Assembly (NCBI GenBank): GCA_007376385.1
Contig: VMGC01000003.1
Span: forward strand, 32,001-96,000
DNA: 64,000 bases
Source of the DNA: Parcubacteria group bacterium Gr01-1014_8
GTDB taxonomy: Bacteria; Patescibacteriota; Minisyncoccia; Phycocordibacterales; UBA2100
Direction: 5' to 3'
The translations under genes were made by a program, and so were the position numbers. Positions 19,792 through 29,774 of the stretch are shown here, piece by piece. The first letter of the stretch is position 1; every line of letters starts with the position of its first letter. The notes below the pieces were generated by a model. It saw only the letters and a program-made list of their open reading frames with translations, was not told where the DNA came from and did not search any database.

Positions 19792-20265
19792 CTAATTGCA
19801 ACCGGATCGAACGCTTCCGTTTGCATCAACGTATACCATTCCAGGGGTCGTCCGGGGCCCCGTTCCGACTTCCAGATATGCACACGCTTGCCAATTCTGG
19901 GTAGTCGCCCCCCCTGTTGAGAGATCCGCCTGCGTACCGATGGCATAATCGCATGCACTGCCCGATCCTTCAGTGCAGGCGGTGGTGGAGCCGGAGGGAT
20001 CTTTATATGCCGACAGATCTGGCGTCGTACACGTGCTGACTCGAGCTGCCCCTGATGTGCAACCTACAAAGGTCGTAGCAGCTCCACCCGTATCAGCAAT
20101 GGCAACTGCGTTGCCTATTTGGCGAAGATCCTCTACGCGGCGCGTATCGCGGCCTTTTTTACGAGCATTATTCAAGGACGCCAAAATGACCGAGGACAAG
20201 AGCCCAATAACCGCAATAACCACCAATAGTTCAATGAGAGTGAAGCCTCTGTTTTTTTCTTGCAT
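19792..20265 (-). CDS. Type IV pilin (major pilin candidate)
   Basis: 157 aa. MQEKNRG|FTLIELLVVIAVIGLLSSVILASLNNARKKGRD. Paralogue of the adjacent pilin. Confidence 0.85.
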   Translation of the reverse strand: MQEKNRGFTLIELLVVIAVIGLLSSVILASLNNARKKGRDTRRVEDLRQIGNAVAIADTGGAATTFVGCTSGAARVSTCTTPDLSAYKDPSGSTTACTEGSGSACDYAIGTQADLSTGGATTQNWQACAYLEVGTGPRTTPGMVYVDANGSVRSGCN

Positions 20266-20365
20266 AGCGGATCATTAACACAGCGTCTCCCCACTTTTCA
20301 CAGGGCGGCCGCCTAATTATACGGAATTATTGACGTCATTGGCGTCTGCCTGTGGATAGCTTCAT

Positions 20366-21574
20366 CTAGAGACCCGACGCAATGTTGTAGATAGGAACAA
20401 GAACAGCCGCGAGCAGTATTGCAACCCCAAGGGCGAGCCCTACGATCATCACCGGCTCGATAAGAGAAACAAGAGTATCTATTGCATTATTGACTTCCCG
20501 CCGATAGTAACGCGACATCGTGTCCAGAATATTGCCCATATTGCCGGTCTCCTCTCCTATCTTCATCATCGCGACGATGATACCCGGAACTTCCGGATGT
20601 TTGCGGAATGCTTCGGATACGGGGAGTCCCGCCTTCACATCGGTAGCAACTTCTGTTAATACTTTTTCATAGGTGACATCGCCCACAACGCTTGCAGTGA
20701 TCTCAAGCCCGCGCAGCATTTGAATGCCACTTTTTAACATTGTTGCGAGGTTGTCGGACATGCGGGAGAGGTAAAGCTTTCGATAAATGACGCCAATGAT
20801 CGGCATCTGCAATCTTGCTCGCGAGAGAAAAAGCATGCCGTTCTCGCTCTTGCCATATCGGAATATGAAAACGCCGCTAATAACAAGAAGGACCCCCAAG
20901 AGTAATATGTAGTTTGATAGAAATGTGCTTATGCCTATGACTATTCTTGTGTAAATAGGCACGGCCTGTCCTACCTCCTCAAGCATCAGCGCGAGACGCG
21001 GTATGACAAGAGTGAGCATAAGGATCATAACAACCACGAACGTAAGCAGAATGAACGCTGGATAGACGAGCGCATTTTTCGCTTTTTGCGTGATCTCATA
21101 GTTTCTGTCGAGGTACTCCGCAAGAAATGCGAACGTCTCGTCTAATTTACCCGTTTCCTCGCCGGCGCGAACCATGTTCACATAGAACGGCGAGAACACA
21201 TCTGGCTGACGCGAAAGAGCAGCCGCTATAGAGCTTCCACTTTGAATGTCATTCGCGACTTCAGTGAGTTTTTCGGCAAGCTTCGGTGTTCTCGCCTCAG
21301 CTGCTAGCAATCTGAATGCGCGAAGCGCAGATACCTGTGCTTCGAAAAGCGTGGTTATCTGGCGCGACACCATCACAAGATCGGAACTCTTTATCCTGTC
21401 AAATATCGCAACACGCGAAGTGAACGATTGCTTGATCTCAACCGGTTCTATGGAAGAGATGATCAAGCCTCTTCTCTGTATTGCGGTGATCGCAAGGTCT
21501 ATGTTCACCGCATCAATGGTGCCAGTGCGCTCTGTCCCGGTTTGATCAAGTGCTTTGTAAGAAAAAATTGCCAT
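20366..21574 (-). CDS. pilC: Type IV pilus assembly platform protein PilC (GspF family)
   Basis: 402 aa. Two GspF repeats and three TM segments. Confidence 0.9.
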   Translation of the reverse strand: MAIFSYKALDQTGTERTGTIDAVNIDLAITAIQRRGLIISSIEPVEIKQSFTSRVAIFDRIKSSDLVMVSRQITTLFEAQVSALRAFRLLAAEARTPKLAEKLTEVANDIQSGSSIAAALSRQPDVFSPFYVNMVRAGEETGKLDETFAFLAEYLDRNYEITQKAKNALVYPAFILLTFVVVMILMLTLVIPRLALMLEEVGQAVPIYTRIVIGISTFLSNYILLLGVLLVISGVFIFRYGKSENGMLFLSRARLQMPIIGVIYRKLYLSRMSDNLATMLKSGIQMLRGLEITASVVGDVTYEKVLTEVATDVKAGLPVSEAFRKHPEVPGIIVAMMKIGEETGNMGNILDTMSRYYRREVNNAIDTLVSLIEPVMIVGLALGVAILLAAVLVPIYNIASGL

Positions 21575-21595
21575 GAAAACAGAATATCGAGCTGT

Positions 21596-22657
21596 CTACA
21601 ACAACTTTTGCAACACATTCGGGTTTAGAGAATACTGGTACGCGCTTTCCACCGATATCTCCCCCTTCCCTACAAGTTCAGCGAGGGAACGGTTCATGTC
21701 TATCATTCCTTCAGTCGAGGATGTTTCAATGACCGTATTTATCTCATGAGTTCTCTTTTCGCGAATGAGGTTCGCGACCGCTTTATTATTTATAAGAAGT
21801 TCGTATGCCGGGATCAATCCGCCTGATATGCGCGGGATGAGACGTTGTGAGAAGATCCCGGCGAGAGACGCCGCAAGCTGAAGGCGTATTTGGTCTTGCT
21901 GGTTCGCAGGGAAAGTGTCAATGATACGGTCGATGGTCTGCGCGGCATTGTTCGTATGAAGCGTCGAAAAGACCAGATGACCGGTTTCAGCCGCTGTAAC
22001 AGCAGCGGCCATCGTCTCTGGTCCTCGCATTTCCCCTACCAAGAGAACGTCAACGTCCTCTCGGAACGCAGATAGAAGCGCGGAAGCGAAGTCTTTTGTG
22101 TCAATGCCAACCTCTCTCTGATCTATCAATGATTGTTTCGGAGTGTGCACATATTCTATCGGGTCTTCCACCGTGACGATATGTTCCATACGCTCCGTAT
22201 TGATGAGTTCGATCAAAGACGCAAGCGTCGTCGTCTTTCCTTGCCCCACCGGGCCTACCACCAAAAAGAATCCTTGTGATTTTCGCGCGAACGACTCCAA
22301 CACGTCGGGGAGATTCAATTCTTGCACGGAACGTATCGTCTTAGGGATAAGCCTCAGAGCGATGCCGACGGCACCGCGCTGAAAGAACGCATTACCTCTG
22401 AAACGGGTACCGTCCTCAGTCTGATACGCAAAATCTACTTCCTTGGTATCAAAGAATCGTTTCTGTTGTTCCGGTGTCAGGAGCGCTTTCGCGAACCCAA
22501 GCGTATCTTCCGGAGTTAGAACTGGTTCTTTCAACATTGGCGAGAGCGAGCCCGCTACGCGTATGGTGGGATGTGCTTCTGTTGAAAAATGAAGGTCAGA
22601 TGCACCTTCATGTATGACCACATTAATATACTTTGCCAGTGTTTGAGGATAATCCAT
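21596..22657 (-). CDS. pilT: Twitching-motility / pilus retraction ATPase PilT
   Basis: 353 aa. Walker A GPVGQGKTTT, Asp box, His box; PilT-type AIRNLIRE-like motif (ANLIREKR). Confidence 0.9.
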   Translation of the reverse strand: MDYPQTLAKYINVVIHEGASDLHFSTEAHPTIRVAGSLSPMLKEPVLTPEDTLGFAKALLTPEQQKRFFDTKEVDFAYQTEDGTRFRGNAFFQRGAVGIALRLIPKTIRSVQELNLPDVLESFARKSQGFFLVVGPVGQGKTTTLASLIELINTERMEHIVTVEDPIEYVHTPKQSLIDQREVGIDTKDFASALLSAFREDVDVLLVGEMRGPETMAAAVTAAETGHLVFSTLHTNNAAQTIDRIIDTFPANQQDQIRLQLAASLAGIFSQRLIPRISGGLIPAYELLINNKAVANLIREKRTHEINTVIETSSTEGMIDMNRSLAELVGKGEISVESAYQYSLNPNVLQKLL

Positions 22658-22913
22658 ATGAAATCCCTAAGAGGAAAGCGAGTGTGTTGCTCCCTTCTCC
22701 CGACTCATGCACGCTACACACGACATTGTAACCTATTTTTTGTACGCACATGAGGAACTGTGTGAAGAAGTGGGATTTCTGTTTATACCTCTAGCGAGTC
22801 CGGGTGCCGGATGCGGTTTGTAGGGACCCCGCAGCCGACAGACGAGGACTCGAGGATTTTTCTAGAAAGAAAAATCCGTGCCCGGAAAACCGCATCCGGC
22901 ACCCTGCGAGCGT

Positions 22914-23360
22914 CTATTTCTTTCCTATGGCCTCCATCGTCATCGTGACCACCTCCGAAGGTATCATGCTTGCCTTAACGACATACTTATCGACACCAAG
23001 CTTTTCCGCCTGCACTTTGTCACCATCATTGCTCTGATTCGTGAGGGCTATTGTTTTTGCACCCTCCGCTAATTTCTCTTCTTTGACTCTACTCAAGAAA
23101 CTAAATCCATCGTCCCCTGGCATGACAATATCGAAAAGAATAGCCGCAGGCTTAAGACCTCCTCGAAGCACCGTGAGAGCGTCCGCTGTAGACTGGCATG
23201 CCTCAACCGCAAATCCCTTCTGCATGAACTTCATACTGTACATATCAAGAAGGAAGTGGTCGTCATCGACTAGCAGGATGGTTCCATTCTGCCCCGGGGA
23301 GGACGCGGGCATAGATGGCTTTTGCGGCCCACTCGCGCTATTTTGTTTTTCTTCAGCCAT
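22914..23360 (-). CDS. CheY-like response regulator receiver protein (single domain)
   Basis: 148 aa. Acidic pocket DDD, phospho-acceptor Asp in ILFDIVMPG, conserved T and K. Embedded between pilB and pilT. Confidence 0.8.
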   Translation of the reverse strand: MAEEKQNSASGPQKPSMPASSPGQNGTILLVDDDHFLLDMYSMKFMQKGFAVEACQSTADALTVLRGGLKPAAILFDIVMPGDDGFSFLSRVKEEKLAEGAKTIALTNQSNDGDKVQAEKLGVDKYVVKASMIPSEVVTMTMEAIGKK

Positions 23361-23377
23361 ACAGGATCATTTCTCTT

Positions 23378-25123
23378 TTAAACATCTGTAGTCTCTGTTT
23401 CAGTTTTTGCTGCAACCTCCTTCTCGGTTTCATCTGCCAAAAGCAAGGTACTCAAGGAATCAATCTCAGAATAAGGAACCATTTTTGCGAACGACTTCAG
23501 CATAGCATCCTCTCTCATCGTGAGCATTCCCTGCGCGCGAGACACCCGCCACAATTCCGACTCGACGGGATTCTTTAGGACAATATGCTCGATGTCCGAC
23601 CCCATTTCCATGACCTCAAAGACTGCCATTCTTCCCTTTAATCCTGTCATGCAGCCGGGTGATTTCTCCGGTTCAAATATTGTGTCCGGTACCTTGAATC
23701 GGTATTTTTCCGGAAGACTTGAAAGCTGCTCTTCGATGTTCTTTCTGATAGATGGCGTCATGGGGACTTCCTTCCCTGTCCCTGCACAGAGTGTGCGCAC
23801 AAGCCGCTGGGCAACCGAAGCGATGAGAACAGGCGGAATAAGGTAGGGTTCCACGCCCATATCGATGAGCCTCGGAATCGTCCCAACTGCATCGTTCGTG
23901 TGGATGGTCGAGAGCACCAAGTGACCCGTAAGCGCCGCCTGCACGGCAAGTTTTGCCGTTTCTGCATCGCGGATCTCACCCACCATGATGATATCGGGGT
24001 CTTGTCGGAGTGTCGTACGAAGGCCAGTCGCGAAGGTGTATCCTATCTCAGGCCTGACTTGTGATTGCGTAATACCTTCCACGTAATACTCGATCGGATC
24101 TTCGAGTGAAAGCACGTTCTTATGTTCCCTGTCCAGCTCTGATAGCATTGAATACAACGTCGTCGATTTACCGCTTCCCGTGGGACCCGAGATGAGTACC
24201 AAGCCGTGCGGCTGTTTTATCGCGTTGCGTAACAATTTCAGATTTCTCTCCGAGAGTCCGATTGAATCGAGGGGAATAAATCCCTTATCACGGTCAAGGA
24301 TCCGAACAACAACCTTCTCACCATTGGATGAAGGAAATGTGGAAACACGAAAGTCTATCTGCCTTTGCTCAATAGAAGCAGAAAAACGTCCATCCTGTGG
24401 TTTTCGTTGTTCATCGAGCCGTATTGAGGCCAAAACCTTGATACGTGCGACAAGCGCTCGATGAGTATTTGCCGGCAGAATAACACTCGTATGAAGATCT
24501 CCATCCACTCGGTAACGAACGCGAACTCCCGTCGGTGTCGGTTCGATGTGGATGTCGGACGCATTACCATCAATGGCATACCTAAGGATAGTGGACACTA
24601 TCTTTATCGTCGGCGCATCCTCCTGAATGACTTGTGTCGGCCCCTCTTTCGGCTTTGCGTTCCCAAGGTCCAATAGCGCTTGATCCAATTCATCCGTCGG
24701 CGGCCGCGTGTCTGATTCAGTTTGCAAGTCAGACACCGCTTGGTCCACGTCACCACCGAGAACGCGATACATTGCAATGACCTTCTTGAGATCCTCTTCT
24801 GATATTCGGAACACTTTGAAAGGAACGCCGGTCTTTCGTGCGATGAAGTTCAACGCGTCGATGCCTTCGATATCATCCGGATCAACCATGCCGACTTCCA
24901 AGACTCCTTCTTCAAGAGAAACGGGGGCAAAACGATAGTGCTCCGCCGCTTCTTGCGGAATGAACTTCAACACTTCGTACGGGATTTTGGTGTCTCCGAG
25001 AGCCTTTGAAGGAATATCAACAGATATATCCCCCGCGGCTCCTGGGGAAAAGTTGCTCGGTACCGGATTTGTTACTATCGGCTGGATTATGGTCATACTA
25101 CGTTCATCAACGTCACGCTGCAC
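23378..25123 (-). CDS. pilB: Type IV pilus assembly ATPase PilB (GspE family)
   Basis: 581 aa. N-terminal GSPII domain. Walker A GPTGSGKST. Tetra-Cys zinc motif region. Confidence 0.9.
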   Translation of the reverse strand: MQRDVDERSMTIIQPIVTNPVPSNFSPGAAGDISVDIPSKALGDTKIPYEVLKFIPQEAAEHYRFAPVSLEEGVLEVGMVDPDDIEGIDALNFIARKTGVPFKVFRISEEDLKKVIAMYRVLGGDVDQAVSDLQTESDTRPPTDELDQALLDLGNAKPKEGPTQVIQEDAPTIKIVSTILRYAIDGNASDIHIEPTPTGVRVRYRVDGDLHTSVILPANTHRALVARIKVLASIRLDEQRKPQDGRFSASIEQRQIDFRVSTFPSSNGEKVVVRILDRDKGFIPLDSIGLSERNLKLLRNAIKQPHGLVLISGPTGSGKSTTLYSMLSELDREHKNVLSLEDPIEYYVEGITQSQVRPEIGYTFATGLRTTLRQDPDIIMVGEIRDAETAKLAVQAALTGHLVLSTIHTNDAVGTIPRLIDMGVEPYLIPPVLIASVAQRLVRTLCAGTGKEVPMTPSIRKNIEEQLSSLPEKYRFKVPDTIFEPEKSPGCMTGLKGRMAVFEVMEMGSDIEHIVLKNPVESELWRVSRAQGMLTMREDAMLKSFAKMVPYSEIDSLSTLLLADETEKEVAAKTETETTDV

Positions 25124-25222
25124 GCAAAAAACATGTATATCAGTGCTTCCCAGTATACCGCGCTTCGCTCGCTGTCACATTTCAACACTCAAGAACATCG
25201 AGACGGTCCCCTTCAAAAGCGG

Positions 25223-25585
25223 CTATCGGCGAGGCGACGTGCTTGTGGCCTGCTTTCCCTGTCCTGCATTGAGAGGAGCGAACGGATTCAAGCGTCCGAC
25301 TGGTTCAGGTATGATTTGACTCCCAAAATCCTGCAGCGTTTGGAAGGCAGGGTCTGAAAAAATGCTTCCCTCCAGAGCAACTGCACGTAGTTGAAGGAGT
25401 GTGGCAACGAGGTCTTTGTCAGACGCGGTGCCGGCCGTTGTAAAGTCTTCTGTTACCAACAGATCCGGCGAGCTCGAATCACCGCTGAGTCCAAACCACG
25501 CTCCCACGCCCACTATTATGGCGAGGCCGCCGATGACAATTTTGTTTCTAACTATCATTTCAAACATATTCATTATTTTAGCCAA
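25223..25585 (-). CDS. Small membrane protein in the pilMNO cluster (possible PilP-like component)
   Basis: 120 aa. One N-terminal TM helix, then a soluble Ser/Thr-rich region. The assignment rests on position only. Confidence 0.4.
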   Translation of the reverse strand: MAKIMNMFEMIVRNKIVIGGLAIIVGVGAWFGLSGDSSSPDLLVTEDFTTAGTASDKDLVATLLQLRAVALEGSIFSDPAFQTLQDFGSQIIPEPVGRLNPFAPLNAGQGKQATSTSPRR

Positions 25586-26136
25586 TACGTCCTCACCGTT
25601 ACGTCGTAGCGATACGTCGGATTGACCTGGGTCTGCTGCCCCTCAGCATTCATCGAGAGTGACACGAGATCAACGATGCGCAAACTTTTCTCCAATTCTT
25701 CCATGAATTGCACAAAGCTTTCGTACGAGCCGGAAGTCGTGAATTTGAATGTTAGGGAGTCAAAGGCGCGATTGCCGCCGCCTATCACGCCGCTCACGGT
25801 TTTTGTAGCTTCTGCTGGCGTGCCAATGACGACATTCTGGAGTCCGAGCCCGAATCTGCTTGCGATATTGTCGAGGTCCAGAACGAGTCGCACATTGTCA
25901 ACGTGATCCGGCAGCAATTTATGCAAGCGTTCTATGTCTTGCGGATCAAACGCATTGTAACGGGAGAGGAGAGATTGTTTTAATCGCTGCAATTCTCCCG
26001 CCTTGTCCAAGGCCTGGTTATATTCAGTTATTTGCGCTTGCAGGACACGGGTTTGATCGTACGTCGGTTTCGTATAAAAAAAGAAGATCGCAACGGACAT
26101 TGCAAGTCCCGCAATAGCTATAATGGTACGTGACAT
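25573..26136 (-). CDS. pilO: PilO-like type IV pilus inner-membrane component
   Basis: 187 aa. N-terminal TM, coiled-coil segment, C-terminal ferredoxin-like domain. Position between pilN and pilB. Confidence 0.55.
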   Translation of the reverse strand: MSRTIIAIAGLAMSVAIFFFYTKPTYDQTRVLQAQITEYNQALDKAGELQRLKQSLLSRYNAFDPQDIERLHKLLPDHVDNVRLVLDLDNIASRFGLGLQNVVIGTPAEATKTVSGVIGGGNRAFDSLTFKFTTSGSYESFVQFMEELEKSLRIVDLVSLSMNAEGQQTQVNPTYRYDVTVRTYWLK

Positions 26137-26141
26137 ATATC

Positions 26142-26819
26142 TTATTGCGCGTCGGTACTCTCCGGTAGTCCTTCAGGAGGAAGCGGGAGAGCGCCGGTTG
26201 GTTGTTGTTGCTCTTGCACCTCCGGAGCTGCTACTGCGCCAAATTGGCCATACCGCAAGGCTGAAGGGTTTACGAGTGCCCCAAGGTCAAAGTGTACGCC
26301 GTCTATTTGCCTATTGATGTTAGAAAATATGGGACTTGCGATGGCGCCGCTTTTGCTGAGGTAATCCGCCTGCAAGGCTATCGAGTTTACACTCATGGCG
26401 ATACCTCGCATTTTTACGTTCATGTTATGCGCATCGACTGCTTGAAAATCAAGATTGGTGAACGCAACTGTCTGAAGCGTCAGTTGCTCAAGCAAATGGA
26501 AAAAGATGGAAGGTGCGATGTGTTCAGAGAGCACCTGGTCGGCTGCACTCATGCGGTCGTCCAAACGCGTTAATTCCTGGATGAGCGCCGGTTCAAACGC
26601 AGCCTTTGCTCTCTCGAGTTGTTCAAGCTTGCTTGAAGTGGAGGTCTTCAAAAATTGTTCATAGAGAAACACTCCGACCGCCAAAGCGACAGACGCCACG
26701 AGCAGTACTATCGCGATGAGGACAAAAAGGTCGGAGAGACCAGGGCCGCGACTATACGATGGCGCAGCCGGAATGGTCGCGTCCCGAGGAATGAATGAAG
26801 ATTTAATGCCGGTTTCCAT
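26142..26819 (-). CDS. pilN: PilN-like type IV pilus inner-membrane component
   Basis: 225 aa. Short cytoplasmic N-terminus, single TM, periplasmic coiled-coil. Immediately downstream of pilM. Confidence 0.55.
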   Translation of the reverse strand: METGIKSSFIPRDATIPAAPSYSRGPGLSDLFVLIAIVLLVASVALAVGVFLYEQFLKTSTSSKLEQLERAKAAFEPALIQELTRLDDRMSAADQVLSEHIAPSIFFHLLEQLTLQTVAFTNLDFQAVDAHNMNVKMRGIAMSVNSIALQADYLSKSGAIASPIFSNINRQIDGVHFDLGALVNPSALRYGQFGAVAAPEVQEQQQPTGALPLPPEGLPESTDAQ

Positions 26820-26828
26820 AAAAACTGT

Positions 26829-27980
26829 TCAGCGGTGCTGCAACTCACGAAGCGCTAACCCCACCGCAACTGCAAACCCTGGACCGATCTCGCGAAGAAC
26901 CTTGTCGAGAAACGCAGGCGTCTCAGTTCTCGCGAACGGATTCGCTATCTCGACTTCTGTTTGCAATAGTTCGTTCGCGTGAGCGGCAAGGCCGGGAAGA
27001 GAAGCTCCGCCACCAGTAAGTATCGCGCGCGATACATTTTTGTTGTATCGCTTCCCGTAGCTCAATAGTACCCGATTCGCTTCCGAAAACACTCGTTCAA
27101 GTGTTGATAACAGAGCAACCTTTATTTTGTCGTTCTCATCAGCTGAAAATGCCGAGGCTTCCACAAGGCCATGTTCCCTTTTTATCCTCTCCGCCTTTTC
27201 GAAATCCCAGTTCAAGGAACGCGCAAGGTTCTCCGTCATATGCTGCCCCCCGTGTGTTACGAGATGTGTTACCCGCACGATGCCTTTCTCCACCACATAC
27301 ATCTTCGTTGTCGCAGCGCCTAGGTCTATGACAAGAACCGGAGCCATTCCATGGCCAAGAGATGAGCGTATCGCACTGAAGATCTCTATTTCATAGAATT
27401 TTATGGAGAGCCCCGTTTCAGATGCTATGGTCTGATATGCACGTACGGTCTCATTGTGTATCGCAACCAAGAGCACCTCCTGGCCCTTTGATTGCATCGG
27501 TGTTTTTTCGGTTATGCGATCAAATGCGGCTTCCTCAGCCTCATCTTGCGGTATAACGAACCAATCGAGCATAACTTCTGAAGCCGGCAACGGAATATAT
27601 TTGCGAGCCTCGATAGGGATCATTCGTTTTAACTGGTCCGAATCAACTTTTGGCATATCAAGCACCGAGACAAGGCTTGACGAGAATGGAATTGAAAGGC
27701 CCCCAGCGCGTGCTGTCACGTTGGCTTCGCGAATAAGATCGAGAATGGCTTCGGCGGTCTTTTCTGGCGTTAATTTGACGGCCTTCCCAATAGAAACGTC
27801 CCCATACGGTCCGAGGGCTATCTCGCCATATGTCTCAAGGATCGCAGCGCCATGGGCAGGCCGAAGTTGTACTATTTTTGCCGATGAGGCGCCAATATCA
27901 ATACCAAGTACACTTCCTGTTCCCGACTTGAATCCGAGTGAGGCACCTAGTTGCGAGAAGGATGGAAGTGAAAAAGCCAT
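26829..27980 (-). CDS. pilM: Type IV pilus assembly protein PilM (actin-like ATPase)
   Basis: 383 aa. Actin/HSP70-fold phosphate-1 motif (LGIDIGASSAKIV). FtsA-like architecture. Confidence 0.85.
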   Translation of the reverse strand: MAFSLPSFSQLGASLGFKSGTGSVLGIDIGASSAKIVQLRPAHGAAILETYGEIALGPYGDVSIGKAVKLTPEKTAEAILDLIREANVTARAGGLSIPFSSSLVSVLDMPKVDSDQLKRMIPIEARKYIPLPASEVMLDWFVIPQDEAEEAAFDRITEKTPMQSKGQEVLLVAIHNETVRAYQTIASETGLSIKFYEIEIFSAIRSSLGHGMAPVLVIDLGAATTKMYVVEKGIVRVTHLVTHGGQHMTENLARSLNWDFEKAERIKREHGLVEASAFSADENDKIKVALLSTLERVFSEANRVLLSYGKRYNKNVSRAILTGGGASLPGLAAHANELLQTEVEIANPFARTETPAFLDKVLREIGPGFAVAVGLALRELQHR

Positions 27981-28086
27981 ATACTTGCTAAAGAGTCCAG
28001 ACGTTAACAGTTATACAAAGAAGCATACGGCAACGGAAAAAAGCCGAATGGCACGTGAGCGAATTGTACCATGGCTAAAGCTGGCC

Positions 28087-28413
28087 CTATTCAATACCAT
28101 CTATCTTAGCAGCAAGAATGAAGTCGTTTTCTGATAGTCCATGCATCGAATGTGTCGAGAGTTCCACCCCAACCCCACCCCACTTCAAGACAATGTCCGG
28201 ATGATGACCTTCGGCTTCTGCAATTTCGCCAATTTTGTTCACAAACGCGAGTGCTTCCTTAAAATCCTTCAGCTTAAAGGAGCGGGACATCTTTTTTGCG
28301 TCATCCGACAGCCGCCACTCTGGAGTTTGTTTCCTCAGTGTCTCTGCCTCATCTCGCGTCAGCGGTACAGCGCCCACCTCGCATGGTATGCATTTTTTCT
28401 GCAGCAACGTCAT
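28087..28413 (-). CDS. Pterin-4a-carbinolamine dehydratase (PCD/DCoH)
   Basis: Conserved E-G-H-H-P-D motif (EAEGHHPDI). Trimmed to the internal Met, giving 109 aa. Confidence 0.8.
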   Translation of the reverse strand: MTLLQKKCIPCEVGAVPLTRDEAETLRKQTPEWRLSDDAKKMSRSFKLKDFKEALAFVNKIGEIAEAEGHHPDIVLKWGGVGVELSTHSMHGLSENDFILAAKIDGIE

Positions 28414-28427
28414 GACACAATAGTAGC

Positions 28428-29072
28428 ATGATGCGTTTTTTTCGAGCCATATTTGATGCGATTCTCCCGCAAAAAGCACGGGTCGCACGAACACAGACCT
28501 ACACATTGAAAGATTTGGAGCTTTCGCCTACGACTCACGAAGCATACGGAGTACAGATAACAACGCTGATGTCATATCGAACGAAAGCAGTTGAAGATCT
28601 CATCCGCGCTTTGAAATATGACGGGGCAAAACACGCATCACATGCCCTCGCAGAAGCACTTGGAGAATATCTGCAAGAAGAGATCGCCCACATCAAGCTG
28701 TTTTCCTCAAAATCAGTGCTTCTCGTTCCTATATCCCTTCACAGTGAACGTCTTCGAGAACGCGGATTTAATCAGATAGAAGTTGTGCTCAATGCATTGC
28801 CAGAAGAATTCAAGAACGGGAAGCTCACAACTCTCTCGCCTCGTACGCTCACGCGCATTCGCAACACCCCACAACAAACAAGGCTTTCAAGAAATGAACG
28901 TCTGAAGAACGTAGAAGGTGCGTTCGCCGTTTCGGACGAAAAGACGCTTCAAGATACGCATGTCATTCTCATTGATGATGTAACAACTACCGGAGCAACG
29001 CTTTCGAGTGCGGCACAAACACTCAAGAAAACAGGAGTATCATTTTCAATGATTGCTCTCGCACGAGCATAA
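28428..29072 (+). CDS. comFC: ComF family phosphoribosyltransferase-domain protein (competence protein ComFC-like)
   Basis: 214 aa. PRTase motif VILIDDVTTTGATL. ComFC-like core. Confidence 0.75.
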   Translation: MMRFFRAIFDAILPQKARVARTQTYTLKDLELSPTTHEAYGVQITTLMSYRTKAVEDLIRALKYDGAKHASHALAEALGEYLQEEIAHIKLFSSKSVLLVPISLHSERLRERGFNQIEVVLNALPEEFKNGKLTTLSPRTLTRIRNTPQQTRLSRNERLKNVEGAFAVSDEKTLQDTHVILIDDVTTTGATLSSAAQTLKKTGVSFSMIALARA

Positions 29073-29183
29073 ACTGCGGGCTTGGCGGGATTCAGACTTT
29101 GTAAGCGAGGCATCACAAGGGTATCTTAGCGAGTTTCTTGAGAGGTTATTGAGGTGTCTGGATCGCCCCAACTGTACGGCGTG

Positions 29184-29774
29184 TTATTCGAGTGACACAC
29201 CTATATCGCCATCAAACTGGCCCTGCTTTACGTTGATACTGTTTGCCTTGATGAAATTTCTGTAGACAAGTTTGCCAGCAATATCTAACTTATGGAATAT
29301 CTCCATATAATTCCAGAATATGCCTTTGCTATATTTCGAATACTGTTTTTGATGAAGAGTCTCATTTGCTGCTTTATCTTTTTTAATGTCGCCCCATAAA
29401 GTCGTAATCGCATTTTGAACATCGCTTGCAAAAGATGGCACGTAGATAAGAAGTCCCTGATTAAAGAAACCTAAATGTTCGCTCTGTGCAGACGGGTCCG
29501 CAGTAGGAACAACTGCGCCCTTTGCGACATAGCTATGCGATACTCCGTTTCGAAACAACTCATAAATCAATTCTGCAATTGGATGATATTGAGGCGGCAT
29601 GTACACACTCTTGCAAAAGGCAACAAAGTTATTCTTGGTAGTACCGGGCCCGGTTTTTCCTGTTATGAAACTCCCACACATTTCCATGGCGGTAAATACC
29701 GCACTTGCCCACAGGAGGGTGCCTTTTTCATTTGGGCCGATAGAGTTTACTAAGTCCTCGAAAAAGATTGCCAT
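29184..29774 (-). CDS. Hypothetical protein (no recognisable motif)
   Basis: 196 aa, soluble. Locally lower GC. Convergent with comFC and adjacent to tRNA-Ser. Confidence 0.45.
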   Translation of the reverse strand: MAIFFEDLVNSIGPNEKGTLLWASAVFTAMEMCGSFITGKTGPGTTKNNFVAFCKSVYMPPQYHPIAELIYELFRNGVSHSYVAKGAVVPTADPSAQSEHLGFFNQGLLIYVPSFASDVQNAITTLWGDIKKDKAANETLHQKQYSKYSKGIFWNYMEIFHKLDIAGKLVYRNFIKANSINVKQGQFDGDIGVSLE

